IMG/VR virus record: IMGVR_UViG_3300019762_000001
Coordinates: 16,701 to 80,700 of that record
DNA from: a virus
Reading direction: 5' to 3' (one strand)
Length of the DNA stretch: 64,000 nucleotides
The position numbers and the translations under genes were made by a program. Shown piece after piece: positions 7,662 to 18,142 of the stretch; within the stretch, counting starts at the first letter, position 1, and every line of letters begins with the position of its first letter. The notes under the pieces were generated by a model. The model worked only from the letters and a program-made list of their open reading frames with translations. It did not search any database and had not been told where the DNA came from.

Positions 7662-9536
7662 TTACGGTCTATCATATTGAGTAACACCTTGATGTAACCT
7701 TAGAGCCAACATACGTGCATTGGTAGGCGCAAAGGATTTTTGGTGTGTGATTAATGTAACAGATTTAGTCTCAGCTTTTTTCTGGATTATCTCAGATACT
7801 ACCTCTATATTATGGGCATCCAGAGATTCAAAGGCTTCATCTATGAATAAGATATTGGTATTCAGTACCTTGTTAACCACATCATGTAAAGCAAAGGCTG
7901 CAGCTATATTAACCAGTTGGCCCTGGCCCCCGGATAGATCCTTTTGGGGTATCTCCATACCATTCTTTAGTATGTAGGCATCTATTGATTTCCTAGCTGA
8001 GTCCATGTTTACTTCGAACTTAACCTGGAACCCAAGTATATCTGCATACTCTAGTAGTAAGTCATTGAAGTCACCCATCATTTGATCAAAGATGAAAGCC
8101 TTGATACCATGGTTTGATAGTGGATCATTTATGCACCATTCTAAATCCTCAACCAATTTTCTACTCTTCCTGGCTAATTTCTTTATTGGCTTAACTTCTT
8201 CTTTTAATTTTTCTATTTGCTTCTCTACCTTACTAATATCCCCAGTAAACTTCTCTTTCTTAATAACCTTAATCTCAGATTTATATTCTTTTATTTGAGA
8301 TTCGTACTCACTCCTTAACCCCTCATTAGAGTTAAAGCTATCCCGTTGTTTTTCTAGTACTTTCTTTTCTTTAGTAAGTTGTTTTTCTTTGCTTATAAGT
8401 TTATCTTTACTAGCAATTTGTTGAGTTAGCTCATTAATCTCCGATTTACTTTTGGTTATAGTATCCCCGGTAATCTTTAAAGAAGTTTCAAGGGCTTTGT
8501 GATTTGCTTTTAATACCCCCTCCCTTTGTTTTCTTTCTGACTTAGTATAGGGTTTACCGCATTCCATACATGAAGTAGGGATATGTTGTAGTTTCTCCCA
8601 AGATTCATCCCTCTCTTTCTTTATACTCTCGTAAGTCCGTTCCTCGAATTTTAGACTACCATTTAACCTGGCCAACTGGGTTTCTAGTTTCCTCCTTTTG
8701 TCTTTAGCTTTAGTTATGCTCTTTAGGCTTTTGTCTATAACTATGATCTTGGAGTTGGGTATGCTCCATTTTACTTTATTCCCAACGCATGACTTTAGTT
8801 TTTCTTCAGCCTCCTCAATTTTAGCTTTAAGTTTTTTAATCTGTTTCTTCTTGTTTGTGTCGAAGGTGAGACTCTGCTCTTTAAGCGATTCAAGTAGTTC
8901 TTCCTTTCCTTCTTGTTTTGAGCTATAGCCCAGTAGTTCAGACTCAAGCTTGGATAACTTTTCTCTTTCATTCTTTAGTTTAGTTTTACCTATTTCCTTT
9001 GCTTTATTTATATAGGCCACGTCAAAGGCTTCTTCAAAGATCTTAACCCGGGATGAATTATCTTCTTCTACTAAACCCTTAACCTTCTGACCCATTGCCA
9101 GTGCACTTTTGAATAACCCATAGCTGAAGCCAAGGATCTCTTGTAGCATTTCTTTTGCTTTACCTTTTGACTTAGCTTCCCCTATTTCCTGTCCGTTTTT
9201 CAGGAGTATTAGCCGGTTCTTACCCTTTGAACCCTGCACTTTGCCGGTAAAGTCTTTACATCTGATGGCCTCATAGGTATCATCGAACTTTTCAAAAACT
9301 ACTCTTACTCTAGTTCCCCGCCATAGGTTAGTTCTTAGCCTTTCCCAAGTCTCAATGGTAGCCCCCTCTTTGAGAGGGTAACCCGTACATACCCAGGATA
9401 GTGCGGATAGTATAGTGGTTTTTCCTGTACCATTTGGAGCCTTGATGGCTGTAAGGCCAGGGTGGTCCAATCTAAACACGAAAGGGATTTGGAATGAACC
9501 AAACCCCTCTATCTCGAGCTCTTTAAAATATAACAT
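7662..9536 (-). CDS. SbcC/Rad50-like ATPase (T4 gp46-like)
   Basis: Walker A APNGTGKT, CMEC zinc hook, LSGGQ signature, LFIDE Walker B, coiled coils. Confidence 0.95.
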   Translation of the reverse strand: MLYFKELEIEGFGSFQIPFVFRLDHPGLTAIKAPNGTGKTTILSALSWVCTGYPLKEGATIETWERLRTNLWRGTRVRVVFEKFDDTYEAIRCKDFTGKVQGSKGKNRLILLKNGQEIGEAKSKGKAKEMLQEILGFSYGLFKSALAMGQKVKGLVEEDNSSRVKIFEEAFDVAYINKAKEIGKTKLKNEREKLSKLESELLGYSSKQEGKEELLESLKEQSLTFDTNKKKQIKKLKAKIEEAEEKLKSCVGNKVKWSIPNSKIIVIDKSLKSITKAKDKRRKLETQLARLNGSLKFEERTYESIKKERDESWEKLQHIPTSCMECGKPYTKSERKQREGVLKANHKALETSLKITGDTITKSKSEINELTQQIASKDKLISKEKQLTKEKKVLEKQRDSFNSNEGLRSEYESQIKEYKSEIKVIKKEKFTGDISKVEKQIEKLKEEVKPIKKLARKSRKLVEDLEWCINDPLSNHGIKAFIFDQMMGDFNDLLLEYADILGFQVKFEVNMDSARKSIDAYILKNGMEIPQKDLSGGQGQLVNIAAAFALHDVVNKVLNTNILFIDEAFESLDAHNIEVVSEIIQKKAETKSVTLITHQKSFAPTNARMLALRLHQGVTQYDRP

Positions 9537-9537
9537 G

Positions 9538-10536
9538 TTAATCCTCCGTTTCTTTAAGTAGGTTAGTTAATGTCCTTACCTTAGTTTTACTTTTTACTTT
9601 CTGAGCTTTGCAGTATGCACTTCCAACCTTAGCCCTATCCTGTGGGTTTTTGATTTGTATCTCTGTCTTTCTCTCAATGGTTTTAGGGGTAGGAACCATA
9701 GTCCAATAATTATAATCATCCTCTGGTTCTTCTCCCTCTTTATAGTATTTAAAGGTAGGTGATTCATATGGTTGAAATCTCATTGACCCATCATTATAAG
9801 CTACCCAGTACCCCATCTGACAACCAGCATCACTTCTTCGTTGTTGATCCGGTGACCCAACCATGTATAGGTTTTTTCCCAATTGTTGTGGCTTATGTAT
9901 ATGACCAGCTGCAACTATATCGAATTTCTTAAATACCATTCTCATTTGACGGTTGATGTTCTCGGTAGAACCCACCTCCCTACCAGAAGGATCCTTTGCT
10001 CCATAAAGGTCTGTGTGAATTAATAGGATGTTTACTTTATCCTTATCTAATTTCAGGCCCTTTACATAGTCTACGAATCCAACGTTATGGTCTATGTATG
10101 GTAACCCATATACCACCATATTCTGGTTCTTAAATTCCTTTGATTTAAAGTCAAGGTTATGGAATAGGTTAGGAAATAGTATAGAATTAACATTCCATAA
10201 TGATGGTGATCTTTTGTTTGGGTTTGGGCTATTTATTTCGGGTTGGTCATGGTTACCAGAAATACCCCAGATAGAAAATAGTTTGTTTTCTATATTAGAT
10301 TCCATCTCCTTTAGCCTTGGCATTACATGCTCCATTAACTTTGTAGTTAAATGTTCTGGGGTATGCCAAAAATCTCCAGTATGTAGGATAGGTATCTTAT
10401 ATCTTGCTGATAGGGCTAAGACAGTTTCTAAAAACTGAAGAGTTACTTCGGTTCTCCTAAAGTCCATGTTAAACTGATTCCAGTTATTTAGGTGGACGTC
10501 TCCGATAAGTATCCCTATTCTTTTTAATTTACCCAC
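9538..10536 (-). CDS. SbcD/Mre11-like nuclease (T4 gp47-like)
   Basis: GDVH, GDFWH, GNHD and GHIH metallophosphoesterase motifs. Confidence 0.93.
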   Translation of the reverse strand: MGKLKRIGILIGDVHLNNWNQFNMDFRRTEVTLQFLETVLALSARYKIPILHTGDFWHTPEHLTTKLMEHVMPRLKEMESNIENKLFSIWGISGNHDQPEINSPNPNKRSPSLWNVNSILFPNLFHNLDFKSKEFKNQNMVVYGLPYIDHNVGFVDYVKGLKLDKDKVNILLIHTDLYGAKDPSGREVGSTENINRQMRMVFKKFDIVAAGHIHKPQQLGKNLYMVGSPDQQRRSDAGCQMGYWVAYNDGSMRFQPYESPTFKYYKEGEEPEDDYNYWTMVPTPKTIERKTEIQIKNPQDRAKVGSAYCKAQKVKSKTKVRTLTNLLKETED

Positions 10537-11437
10537 GGCTTATCTTTTTAAAGTTTTCTTTAAAGTCTTTATTCTTAGTAAATAAGCTGATATTGTACTC
10601 AGCTGCAATATCTAATACTGTTGGCCAGTCGAACTTTGGCCTCCTGCAGGCAAATGGTACTTTCTTACCCTTTTGGAATTTGTTGTAGAAATGTTCTAAG
10701 TCGATAAGCTTATAGTGTAGGTCTTTTATCTCCTTAAGTTTTTCCCTATCTACTCTAGGAAATTTCTCTGTGGCATCGGGGTGGATATACCTATCTATAC
10801 TGTCCCATTCGCTAAGAAACTCTATTGCAGTCTTTTCTCCACAACCCGGTAATCCAGGTATCTTATCAGACTTGTCTCCAAGTAGAGTTAGATAATCCAC
10901 TGTTTGCTCAGCTCGGTACCCATAATGCCTAAGTATGGTTTTATGGGTGATCTTAGCCTGTTTACTTGGGTGGTAAATAGTGATGTCCTTGTGAATTAGC
11001 ATTTGATTAAAATCCTTATCCCCAGATACTATGATAACTTTGTACCCCTTATGGATATGCCGTATGGCTAAGGCATAGATTAAATCATCTGCTTCCCCAT
11101 TTGGGTCACTCGCAACGGGTATACCAAGTGCAACCATTAATCTTTGTACAGTAAACTTTTGATTTTGGAAGTCCTCATAATCAAAGTCTACCCTAGCATT
11201 ATGGGATCTATCTCTATACCCATCTAATAAATTCTTTCTGTACTCATGGCTGTGGCCATCGAATGCAGTGATTATTTTGGTTGGTTCAAATTTATTAACC
11301 ATTGATTGTAATACAAGGGGAAAACCATAGATGCAAGCACTACCTTTACCATCCATTGATTTAAAACCCTTGAACTTATGGTAGGACCTGTGTAACAGGT
11401 GATTCCCATCCATAAGTAAAAGTGTTTTGTTTTTCAT
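10529..11437 (-). CDS. 5'-3' exonuclease / flap endonuclease
   Basis: DGNHLLHR, EADD, SGDKD and GDKSDKIPGLPGCGEKTA. Confidence 0.95.
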   Translation of the reverse strand: MKNKTLLLMDGNHLLHRSYHKFKGFKSMDGKGSACIYGFPLVLQSMVNKFEPTKIITAFDGHSHEYRKNLLDGYRDRSHNARVDFDYEDFQNQKFTVQRLMVALGIPVASDPNGEADDLIYALAIRHIHKGYKVIIVSGDKDFNQMLIHKDITIYHPSKQAKITHKTILRHYGYRAEQTVDYLTLLGDKSDKIPGLPGCGEKTAIEFLSEWDSIDRYIHPDATEKFPRVDREKLKEIKDLHYKLIDLEHFYNKFQKGKKVPFACRRPKFDWPTVLDIAAEYNISLFTKNKDFKENFKKISRG

Positions 11438-11438
11438 G

Positions 11439-12569
11439 TTATTCCTTTTTAGCTAACTCAACCACCTTATTAGTGATTGGGTAAAGGTTACCTTCTAGTT
11501 TTTCTATTACTCGTTTAGTTTTGGATATAGTATTTATACCCGCCTTTCTGAGTAGTAGTTTCCTTAAACCCTGGTCTGTTGCGAGCACTTCTAGTAGTTC
11601 ATCTTTACTCGTTGCAATTACTTTCTTCTTAAAGTAAATCTTTCTCGCTGTAGCAGATTCTTTTGTTAAAACCCCCTCCTTAAATAAGATCTCTTCCAGG
11701 CCTAAGTATTTATCAAATCCAATTTTATAACCCTCATGGAAGTATACCTCGGTTTTGAAGGTTGGTTTGGGAGCAGCAACCTTATTTTTTTTAATTCTAA
11801 CAGAAACGTTTCTACCTACCCTTTCCTCGAAGCCATGGATCTTCTTTTTAATTTGCTTACCCCCATAAACTCCCACTCTTTGAGAAGCAAAGAATTTCAT
11901 AGCGGCCCCACCTGGGGTTGCATCCGGATCTTCCCATTGGGTTGCTCCTACTTTTTTACGTAGTTGATTAATGAAGATAGATGTGATACCAAGTTCAGCA
12001 AAGAGTTGGTTTCGGATTCTAAGGAATTTGTATATTGCCTTAGCTCTGTTACCCATCTCCGCTTTTGCTTCGGTTTGTTCTGAATTGATATTGGCCAGGC
12101 AGTCCAAAGCTGCAACTGAATCAAGTACGAATAGTATCGGTTCATTATTGGTTAGTTTAGACCTCCAGTATAGGGCCATATCAGCAGCCCAGTCAGAGAT
12201 TGGTTCTACAGCAGTTTGATTCCATACTACAAGTTGATCCATGTTTAAGCCATTCTTCTCCATCCAGAATCTATCGAATGCCTGCTCAGCATCTTCCCAT
12301 ATAACCATACCACCAAGCTTTTGACAGCAATATGCAAAGTCAATAGCGGTAAGGGATTTACCTGAGGATTCTTCTCCGAAAAGTTCCAGGATTTTACCAA
12401 AAGGAATGCCCCCACCTAATGTATAGTTGAGGGCCATATTCCTGGATGGTAACCATGGCAGGTTTTCGGGTAGAAGAGATATCTCACTTGCAATACCGAA
12501 TCCAGGATATTTTTTCTTAAGATCCTTATCACTCAGTACTTTTGTTTTCGATTTCTTTTCTTTAGCCAT
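11439..12569 (-). CDS. recA: RecA/UvsX recombinase
   Basis: GGGIPFGKILELFGEESSGKS, DAEQA, DSVAAL, INQLR and TPGGAAMKFFAS. Confidence 0.93.
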   Translation of the reverse strand: MAKEKKSKTKVLSDKDLKKKYPGFGIASEISLLPENLPWLPSRNMALNYTLGGGIPFGKILELFGEESSGKSLTAIDFAYCCQKLGGMVIWEDAEQAFDRFWMEKNGLNMDQLVVWNQTAVEPISDWAADMALYWRSKLTNNEPILFVLDSVAALDCLANINSEQTEAKAEMGNRAKAIYKFLRIRNQLFAELGITSIFINQLRKKVGATQWEDPDATPGGAAMKFFASQRVGVYGGKQIKKKIHGFEERVGRNVSVRIKKNKVAAPKPTFKTEVYFHEGYKIGFDKYLGLEEILFKEGVLTKESATARKIYFKKKVIATSKDELLEVLATDQGLRKLLLRKAGINTISKTKRVIEKLEGNLYPITNKVVELAKKE

Positions 12570-12580
12570 GTTGAGTTATT

Positions 12581-13390
12581 TTAGAATGGTAAATCATCTT
12601 CTGCTACTTCCGACTTAGACTTCTTCTTTTTAGTCTTTACGCTTTTTTTTACCGGCTTCTTCTTCTTTGAAGATTTATCCTCCTTAGCACTGGACTTTTT
12701 CTTCTTTTTCTTCTTAGGCTCATCATCTGAAGAGTCAATACCCAAGAATTGATTAAGTTTCTCTTCAGCAGTTTCATAAGAAGGAACTATCCCCTGAATT
12801 AGCTTTGTAAGGTTTATCGGTTTATGATATGCCTTATCCTTTATTTTGGTTTTAGGGCAAGGGCTCATAGAATACTCAGTGTCGAATTGTCCAGAGCCTT
12901 TACGGGTAAGTTTGATGTCATACCCATCTTTAGGATCAGTCATATCTCCCCAATCATCCTCATCCAACCAATGGTCAATTAGGTCATTGTAAAGAGAGGG
13001 AGTAACCTGTACAAGAGTGATCCCCTTTTCTTTATCAATCTCTTTACCTTTCTGATCCTTGTAGATAATACAAGGCATAAGGTACTTGGTTTTTGGCTTC
13101 AAAGATTTTGCTAATTCCTTATCGTCATCATCATCCGACTCCATTAGCTCTCTGTACTTATCCTGTAGAGGGCATTCGTTACCAAAGGTAGATTGTGAGA
13201 ATACCCCTTTGATCTCTGCTCCCAGGTAGAACTGTACTACTTCCTGAGCAAATTCTTCTTCTCCCTCTAAGGGTAGGATACGGACTCTCATTGTGCCCTC
13301 TTTGATGTACGTAATATTACTTGAGCCTCCCTTTGACTCTAGTTTCTTCTTACGTTTTAGCATTTTTTCTTTTAAAGATTCTTTAGCCAT
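12581..13390 (-). CDS. Single-stranded DNA-binding protein (gp32-like)
   Basis: VRILP, GDMTDPKDGYDIKLTRKG..DTEY and an acidic DDLPF tail. Confidence 0.8.
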   Translation of the reverse strand: MAKESLKEKMLKRKKKLESKGGSSNITYIKEGTMRVRILPLEGEEEFAQEVVQFYLGAEIKGVFSQSTFGNECPLQDKYRELMESDDDDDKELAKSLKPKTKYLMPCIIYKDQKGKEIDKEKGITLVQVTPSLYNDLIDHWLDEDDWGDMTDPKDGYDIKLTRKGSGQFDTEYSMSPCPKTKIKDKAYHKPINLTKLIQGIVPSYETAEEKLNQFLGIDSSDDEPKKKKKKKSSAKEDKSSKKKKPVKKSVKTKKKKSKSEVAEDDLPF

Positions 13391-13409
13391 TGTATTATAG
13401 TATTAGTGA

Positions 13410-13874
13410 TTAAACTTGTTTTCTGACATTAGCGGATATAGTTTGAATTAAATCCTTTCTTTGTTCGAAGGATTTTAAGCAAGTGTATAGAATACCGGTT
13501 TGATATTTTAACTCATCTAATTCCTGCAGCTTACTTTGATATTCTTCATTCAGTTCTGCTTCTGCTTCAGCCAATTCTTTTGGCTTAGTCCTGAGGGTAA
13601 GGGGGTCCGCCACCCCCTTAGCCCTGACTAAAGCTAATGACCTCAATCTATCGACTTCTCGTTGAACCTCAGCTCGTAGCCGAGTTAGTTTCTGGTGAAC
13701 CATGCCCAAATAGCCATAGAGTAAGGGCTGCTCTAACGATTCATCGGTTAGATTGTTTTCATTAACTACTAACTCATCAAAAAGATTGAACCGAATAATC
13801 TCTTTTCCGAGTTTGATTTTTATGCGGTTTAGCTTAGAGCCTCTAGCTAACTCTAGTAATTTCTTTTTTCCCAT
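13410..13874 (-). CDS. Helical protein, possible UvsY-like recombination mediator
   Basis: Coiled coil ending FEQRKDLIQTISANVR, next to SSB and RecA; ATG at 13874. Confidence 0.5.
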   Translation of the reverse strand: MGKKKLLELARGSKLNRIKIKLGKEIIRFNLFDELVVNENNLTDESLEQPLLYGYLGMVHQKLTRLRAEVQREVDRLRSLALVRAKGVADPLTLRTKPKELAEAEAELNEEYQSKLQELDELKYQTGILYTCLKSFEQRKDLIQTISANVRKQV

Positions 13875-13916
13875 TGTGTAGCATTTATTATACAATAGTA
13901 CTTTGGTGAAATAGTA

Positions 13917-14549
13917 TTATTCTGCTAGGATAAACTTCTTAGCCAACTCAGCCCTGTCCTGTGGATCATCCGACCAAGTGTCAATTACTAAGACCTTAGG
14001 ACCACATTCAGTGGTACCCTGCAGCTCAGTTAAGTAATACTCGAATACTCGATCTACCATACGCTGATAGTAGAGGTTAGCTACTCGAGAATTATTAACC
14101 TCAATATCTGGGCATACAGATTTAACGTAGATAAGATGAGTTAAATTCTCGAAAGCCTCTAAAGCTTCTTCAAAGAACTTCTCAAACTCTTTTTCTGTAA
14201 AATTATGCCCGCATTGTAATGAAGCATAAGTTAGGTTATCTACCGGGCTTCTATCCAAGATCATTTGGTCAGCCCCATAAGATAATATATTAGCCCTAGC
14301 CTCCAGTGCATACTGCTGAAAGGTTTTACCAAATTCGGGGTTAGCATTAGATAGGTTAATCACGTTTTGATGCCCCATGTTCTTATACCCGAACTCAGCT
14401 AAGTGTTCTTTTTGTTGGTCTGTAAAGATTAACCCAACAGATGATGGTATAAATCTCAAATGTAACTGTTCTGATAATAGGTTACATAATGTGGTTTTGC
14501 CCGAACCCGATGGTCCACAGCATGCGACTTTAATGTTCTTTGCATCCAT
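13917..14549 (-). CDS. Deoxynucleotide monophosphate kinase-like P-loop protein
   Basis: GPSGSGKTT and LDRSPVD motifs. Confidence 0.75.
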   Translation of the reverse strand: MDAKNIKVACCGPSGSGKTTLCNLLSEQLHLRFIPSSVGLIFTDQQKEHLAEFGYKNMGHQNVINLSNANPEFGKTFQQYALEARANILSYGADQMILDRSPVDNLTYASLQCGHNFTEKEFEKFFEEALEAFENLTHLIYVKSVCPDIEVNNSRVANLYYQRMVDRVFEYYLTELQGTTECGPKVLVIDTWSDDPQDRAELAKKFILAE

Positions 14550-14569
14550 TTGTAATGTAGTTTTAGTGT

Positions 14570-16795
14570 TTAGTCATAATCTTCTACTTGAGTGTCACCG
14601 TATAGTTCCATCTCCCATTTCTTAGCTAGCTCAACGTAATCAGTTTTAGGATCATAGTCGTGGTAATTACCCCACGTTGGACCCAACTCGCAACTAACTT
14701 TCATGTTAACATGCTTAGCCTGAAATCCAAACCATTTCTTAGTTTGGGGGTTAGCACATATATCAATCATGGGAGGTACTATCTTATGAACATCTTTTGG
14801 TTTTATATAAAATCCTAAAGAGTCATGAACAGTATAGCACTGTTGGAAATACTCTGGGAAATACCCCTGTAGTCTTTTTTCTCTTACTAAGATACTCGAG
14901 AATTGAGTGTAATCTGAAGAGGTTCCCTGAATGGGAGCATTCACTGATTGTCTCTCAGCCTCTGATCTTATCCCTATTACGTTAGAGTATATATTTGGTA
15001 GCCTTCTTTTTCTACCAAAGTATGTTCTTACATAGCCATCTCTGGCAGCTTTCTTGTGTTGGTTCTTAATCCATTTCTCAACCTTTGGGTAAGCAGCATA
15101 CCAATCCCGTTTGAACTGACCGGCTTCATCTGCAGTACATCCAATTGTCTCTGCTAGCATTGGATCTGATTGGCCATATAGGATACCGAACCCAATAGTC
15201 TTAGCTCTTTTCTTACGCTTAGTCCAATAGATATGTTCTGGATGTGATTCATCCTTGGTTATCTCATATACCTCCTCGTATTTTTTGTAAAGCTCATCTC
15301 CCTTTAAATGGGGGAACTCAGCTCTGGTGGCAGTATAAACGTGTAATGAAAGCCCAGATCTAAATGCTTCTATTAGATTCTCATCTTTAGACATCTCAGC
15401 TACCACTCTCATCTCAGCCTGTGAGTAGTCAAACTCTATCATAAGCATACCCCTAGGTGGCCTGAACATGGGTTTAATATCAGAATTTGTTGTAGCCCTT
15501 GGGATATTCTGAAGGTTAGGTTCTACCGAGGATAATCTCCCAGTTACCGTTCCAAAGATTTTATATGAAGTATGGAGTCGGTTATCTTCTCCAAGTATCT
15601 CATACATACCTTTGATGTTAGTGGAGTATAGTTTGGATAATCCCCTATGTTCTAGCATCCTTGCCACAAACCCATCTTTGTCTTCCCCAGATTTACGTAT
15701 CTTAAGCAGAGCCGATTCAGCTGTGGATACTACCCATTCCTTCTTCTTATTCTTCTCCTTAACCTCAGTAAATCTAAAACCATGTTTGTTGTAGTATAGA
15801 AGTTCTTTTAGTTGGGTTGAACTACTCAAATTCAGGTTTGCTATTGCATTTCTTTCCTTATTCGTAGTAAACTCTCCAGCTATATACTTGCTAACTTTAT
15901 CTTCTCTAGTTTTGATCTTTCTAGAGTTATCTATACTATCATCCTCTTTCTCTTCTTTTTTAAGAGCCTTGATTTCCTTCTTGGTATCCTTAATGAGTTT
16001 CTTTTTGGCCTTCTCAACCTTCTTAAGGTTATACTTCTGAATTACCTTCATCTCATATAACCCCTTTTCAGATTCCTCAATCTTTTTACCATATACTTCT
16101 ACCAAGTTCTTAAGGTATGGCCTATCTACAATCATACCCGTATACTCGGACTCTGATAGAACTCGTAGGTTCATCATCAGAAGGTTCCTGAATAACGGGT
16201 AGAAGCCAAGGCTCATTAGCTTTGGTTCAAAGAATAGCCATAATCTAAGAGTAGAGTCACAGTCCTTTGCACAGTACTTAGATAAGCCCTCAAGTGGTTT
16301 TTTATTCCAAGGTAATTTGCTCCCCTCGTAATCTTCATAGCCATCAAATTCTGGTATAAACCTACCAACCTGCTCTTTCAAACCATGGGGTCTTTCCTCA
16401 TCTAATAGGTATTTTGCTAGGATAGTATCAAACCAATATCCTTTTGGAATAATGCCATACCTCTTAAACCATTTCATTTCAAAAGAGGCATTGTGGGCTA
16501 TCTTGACTATATTTGGATCTGCCATTACCTCTCTTCCAAATTTCTGTAGTAGTTTTATCCACTTATCGGATTTTTTGAATGGCGAATCGAAATGACCTAA
16601 AGGTAATACCCAACCAGATCCAGGTTGGAAACTACAACCCAATACTGTGGGATATCCCCCTGGATCACAGAAGGCTCCATCATCATCCCGGGTGGTAGTT
16701 TCGAAATCGACAGAAGCATAACCGGTCATCTTGCAATAACGGATAAGCTTATCCAGCTCTTTCTCTTTGGTTATTATTTTGTAGATTGATTTCAT
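14570..16795 (-). CDS. polA: Family A DNA polymerase with 3'-5' exonuclease domain
   Basis: DFETT exonuclease motif, TGRLSS..PNLQNIP, DYSQAEMR, AKTIGFGILYG and VHDS. Confidence 0.95.
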   Translation of the reverse strand: MKSIYKIITKEKELDKLIRYCKMTGYASVDFETTTRDDDGAFCDPGGYPTVLGCSFQPGSGWVLPLGHFDSPFKKSDKWIKLLQKFGREVMADPNIVKIAHNASFEMKWFKRYGIIPKGYWFDTILAKYLLDEERPHGLKEQVGRFIPEFDGYEDYEGSKLPWNKKPLEGLSKYCAKDCDSTLRLWLFFEPKLMSLGFYPLFRNLLMMNLRVLSESEYTGMIVDRPYLKNLVEVYGKKIEESEKGLYEMKVIQKYNLKKVEKAKKKLIKDTKKEIKALKKEEKEDDSIDNSRKIKTREDKVSKYIAGEFTTNKERNAIANLNLSSSTQLKELLYYNKHGFRFTEVKEKNKKKEWVVSTAESALLKIRKSGEDKDGFVARMLEHRGLSKLYSTNIKGMYEILGEDNRLHTSYKIFGTVTGRLSSVEPNLQNIPRATTNSDIKPMFRPPRGMLMIEFDYSQAEMRVVAEMSKDENLIEAFRSGLSLHVYTATRAEFPHLKGDELYKKYEEVYEITKDESHPEHIYWTKRKKRAKTIGFGILYGQSDPMLAETIGCTADEAGQFKRDWYAAYPKVEKWIKNQHKKAARDGYVRTYFGRKRRLPNIYSNVIGIRSEAERQSVNAPIQGTSSDYTQFSSILVREKRLQGYFPEYFQQCYTVHDSLGFYIKPKDVHKIVPPMIDICANPQTKKWFGFQAKHVNMKVSCELGPTWGNYHDYDPKTDYVELAKKWEMELYGDTQVEDYD

Positions 16796-17091
16796 TTATT
16801 TCCATTCTTTATCCGTTCGGTGAATAGGGTGAGCTTATCTCTGTGCTCTCTTTTCCTAGCCTGTTTCTCTAGAGGTTTATCAAATACATGCTCTTCTAGA
16901 ACTGTTAGGTATATCCTAACCTGAGCCATTTCGGCTTGCAGGTTAGGATCTTGGAAGTCTTTATTATCATTTAAGCCCTTTGCTAAGCATTGTGTAAGCT
17001 CAGCCATTTCCTCTATGAGTTTTGGTATAAAATATTTCTTACCCCTCAGCTTAACATAGGACTTAAGTATTTTAACATCAGCCTTGTTCAT
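16792..17091 (-). CDS. MazG-like all-alpha NTP pyrophosphatase (possibly degenerate)
   Basis: KLIEEMAELTQ...AEMAQV (usual form EIADV). Confidence 0.55.
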   Translation of the reverse strand: MNKADVKILKSYVKLRGKKYFIPKLIEEMAELTQCLAKGLNDNKDFQDPNLQAEMAQVRIYLTVLEEHVFDKPLEKQARKREHRDKLTLFTERIKNGNK

Positions 17092-17806
17092 ATAGTTGGT
17101 CTATGCAGGTTTTTAATCCCTCCCAATCTCTCCGGTAAGAGTGAAGTGAGGCAATGTTGTGATATAGGAAGCCAGGTTCAACTCCTACCATTTCAGCCAC
17201 GTATTCCATTAGCTCCCATGCTAACCAAATATCATTTCCGAAGTGTAGGAATACATCAGCAGATCTTTGTGAGTAGATAATGTGCATTTTACCATTTCGT
17301 ATGATAAACTGATAGCCCAGTGTACAAGGTACTCTCTTCTTACCCCCGATAAAGCTTGGATCTCTAGGGTGGAATACTGGTAAATAGCATTGCCTAGAGT
17401 CACCGTGAACCCTTAGTTCATCGATTATCTTTTCCAAGTTATGGTATCTGTTTAACCTTTCATTGTAGGTATAACAAAATTCACCAGCTTTGCTAAGGAA
17501 TGGTTCCCAAGTATCTTTCCTAATTAACCAAGCCTTTCCCGGGTTAACCCAGCTACGAGATATTCTCTCAGAGAATTCTGATTTACACCAGTAAAAGTTT
17601 TGCTTTGGGTTAGATATAAATAGGTTCTCCTGGTCAGCTCTACTGGTTAAGCAGTAACTGTAGTTAAGGAGCTCCTTTGTTTGGAACTCCTCGTTATCAG
17701 CTACTCTCTGGTTTTGCATTGTCTGGGGATGAACTATTGTACCTTGTTCAGATACATCTCTCATTATCTCAGATAACAATTCTCGACAGTTACTAAATAT
17801 CCTCAT
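17078..17806 (-). CDS. Thymidylate-synthase-fold enzyme, probable dCMP hydroxymethylase/methylase
   Basis: DSRQ, catalytic VPC, YQF, QRSADVFLHFGND with Asp at the E. coli N177 position, and SLHSY. Confidence 0.8.
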   Translation of the reverse strand: MRIFSNCRELLSEIMRDVSEQGTIVHPQTMQNQRVADNEEFQTKELLNYSYCLTSRADQENLFISNPKQNFYWCKSEFSERISRSWVNPGKAWLIRKDTWEPFLSKAGEFCYTYNERLNRYHNLEKIIDELRVHGDSRQCYLPVFHPRDPSFIGGKKRVPCTLGYQFIIRNGKMHIIYSQRSADVFLHFGNDIWLAWELMEYVAEMVGVEPGFLYHNIASLHSYRRDWEGLKTCIDQLYEQG

Positions 17807-18105
17807 TATTTCTTAGGGTTAAGTACGTAAATGATATCAGTGTAGTCAGTGATATCAAAATTCTCAATAGCAGTTAAATTGCTATCGGAGCTAATCTTCA
17901 TATCAAATGGGAAAGCTGTAACAGAGTTCTCATGATACATAACTCTAGTACCTTCATGGTAGTTTTCGGGTACATCCTCTCCAACCTGTACAATAGTACC
18001 CCATTTAGACTTAGTTACATCTCCCTGAGCTTTTATTTCATCAGCTTTGATTATTACTCTTTTGCCCTGTATGGCTCCGTCCTTAATACTGTCTAATTTT
18101 TGCAT
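17806..18105 (-). CDS. GroES/Cpn10-like co-chaperonin
   Basis: GKRVIIK...GTIVQVGED...EGTRVMY; 99 aa. Confidence 0.7.
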   Translation of the reverse strand: MQKLDSIKDGAIQGKRVIIKADEIKAQGDVTKSKWGTIVQVGEDVPENYHEGTRVMYHENSVTAFPFDMKISSDSNLTAIENFDITDYTDIIYVLNPKK

Positions 18106-18142
18106 GTTCTATAGTTTATGTGTTTAAAATAGTGAATAGTAC

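Noticed and set aside
14570-16795. Intein or intron in the DNA polymerase
   Set aside because: The Lys-rich insertion lacks intein splice motifs and the ORF is continuous.
17078-17806. Canonical thymidylate synthase thyA
   Set aside because: It has Asp rather than Asn at the specificity position and lacks the usual ThyA N-terminal motifs.
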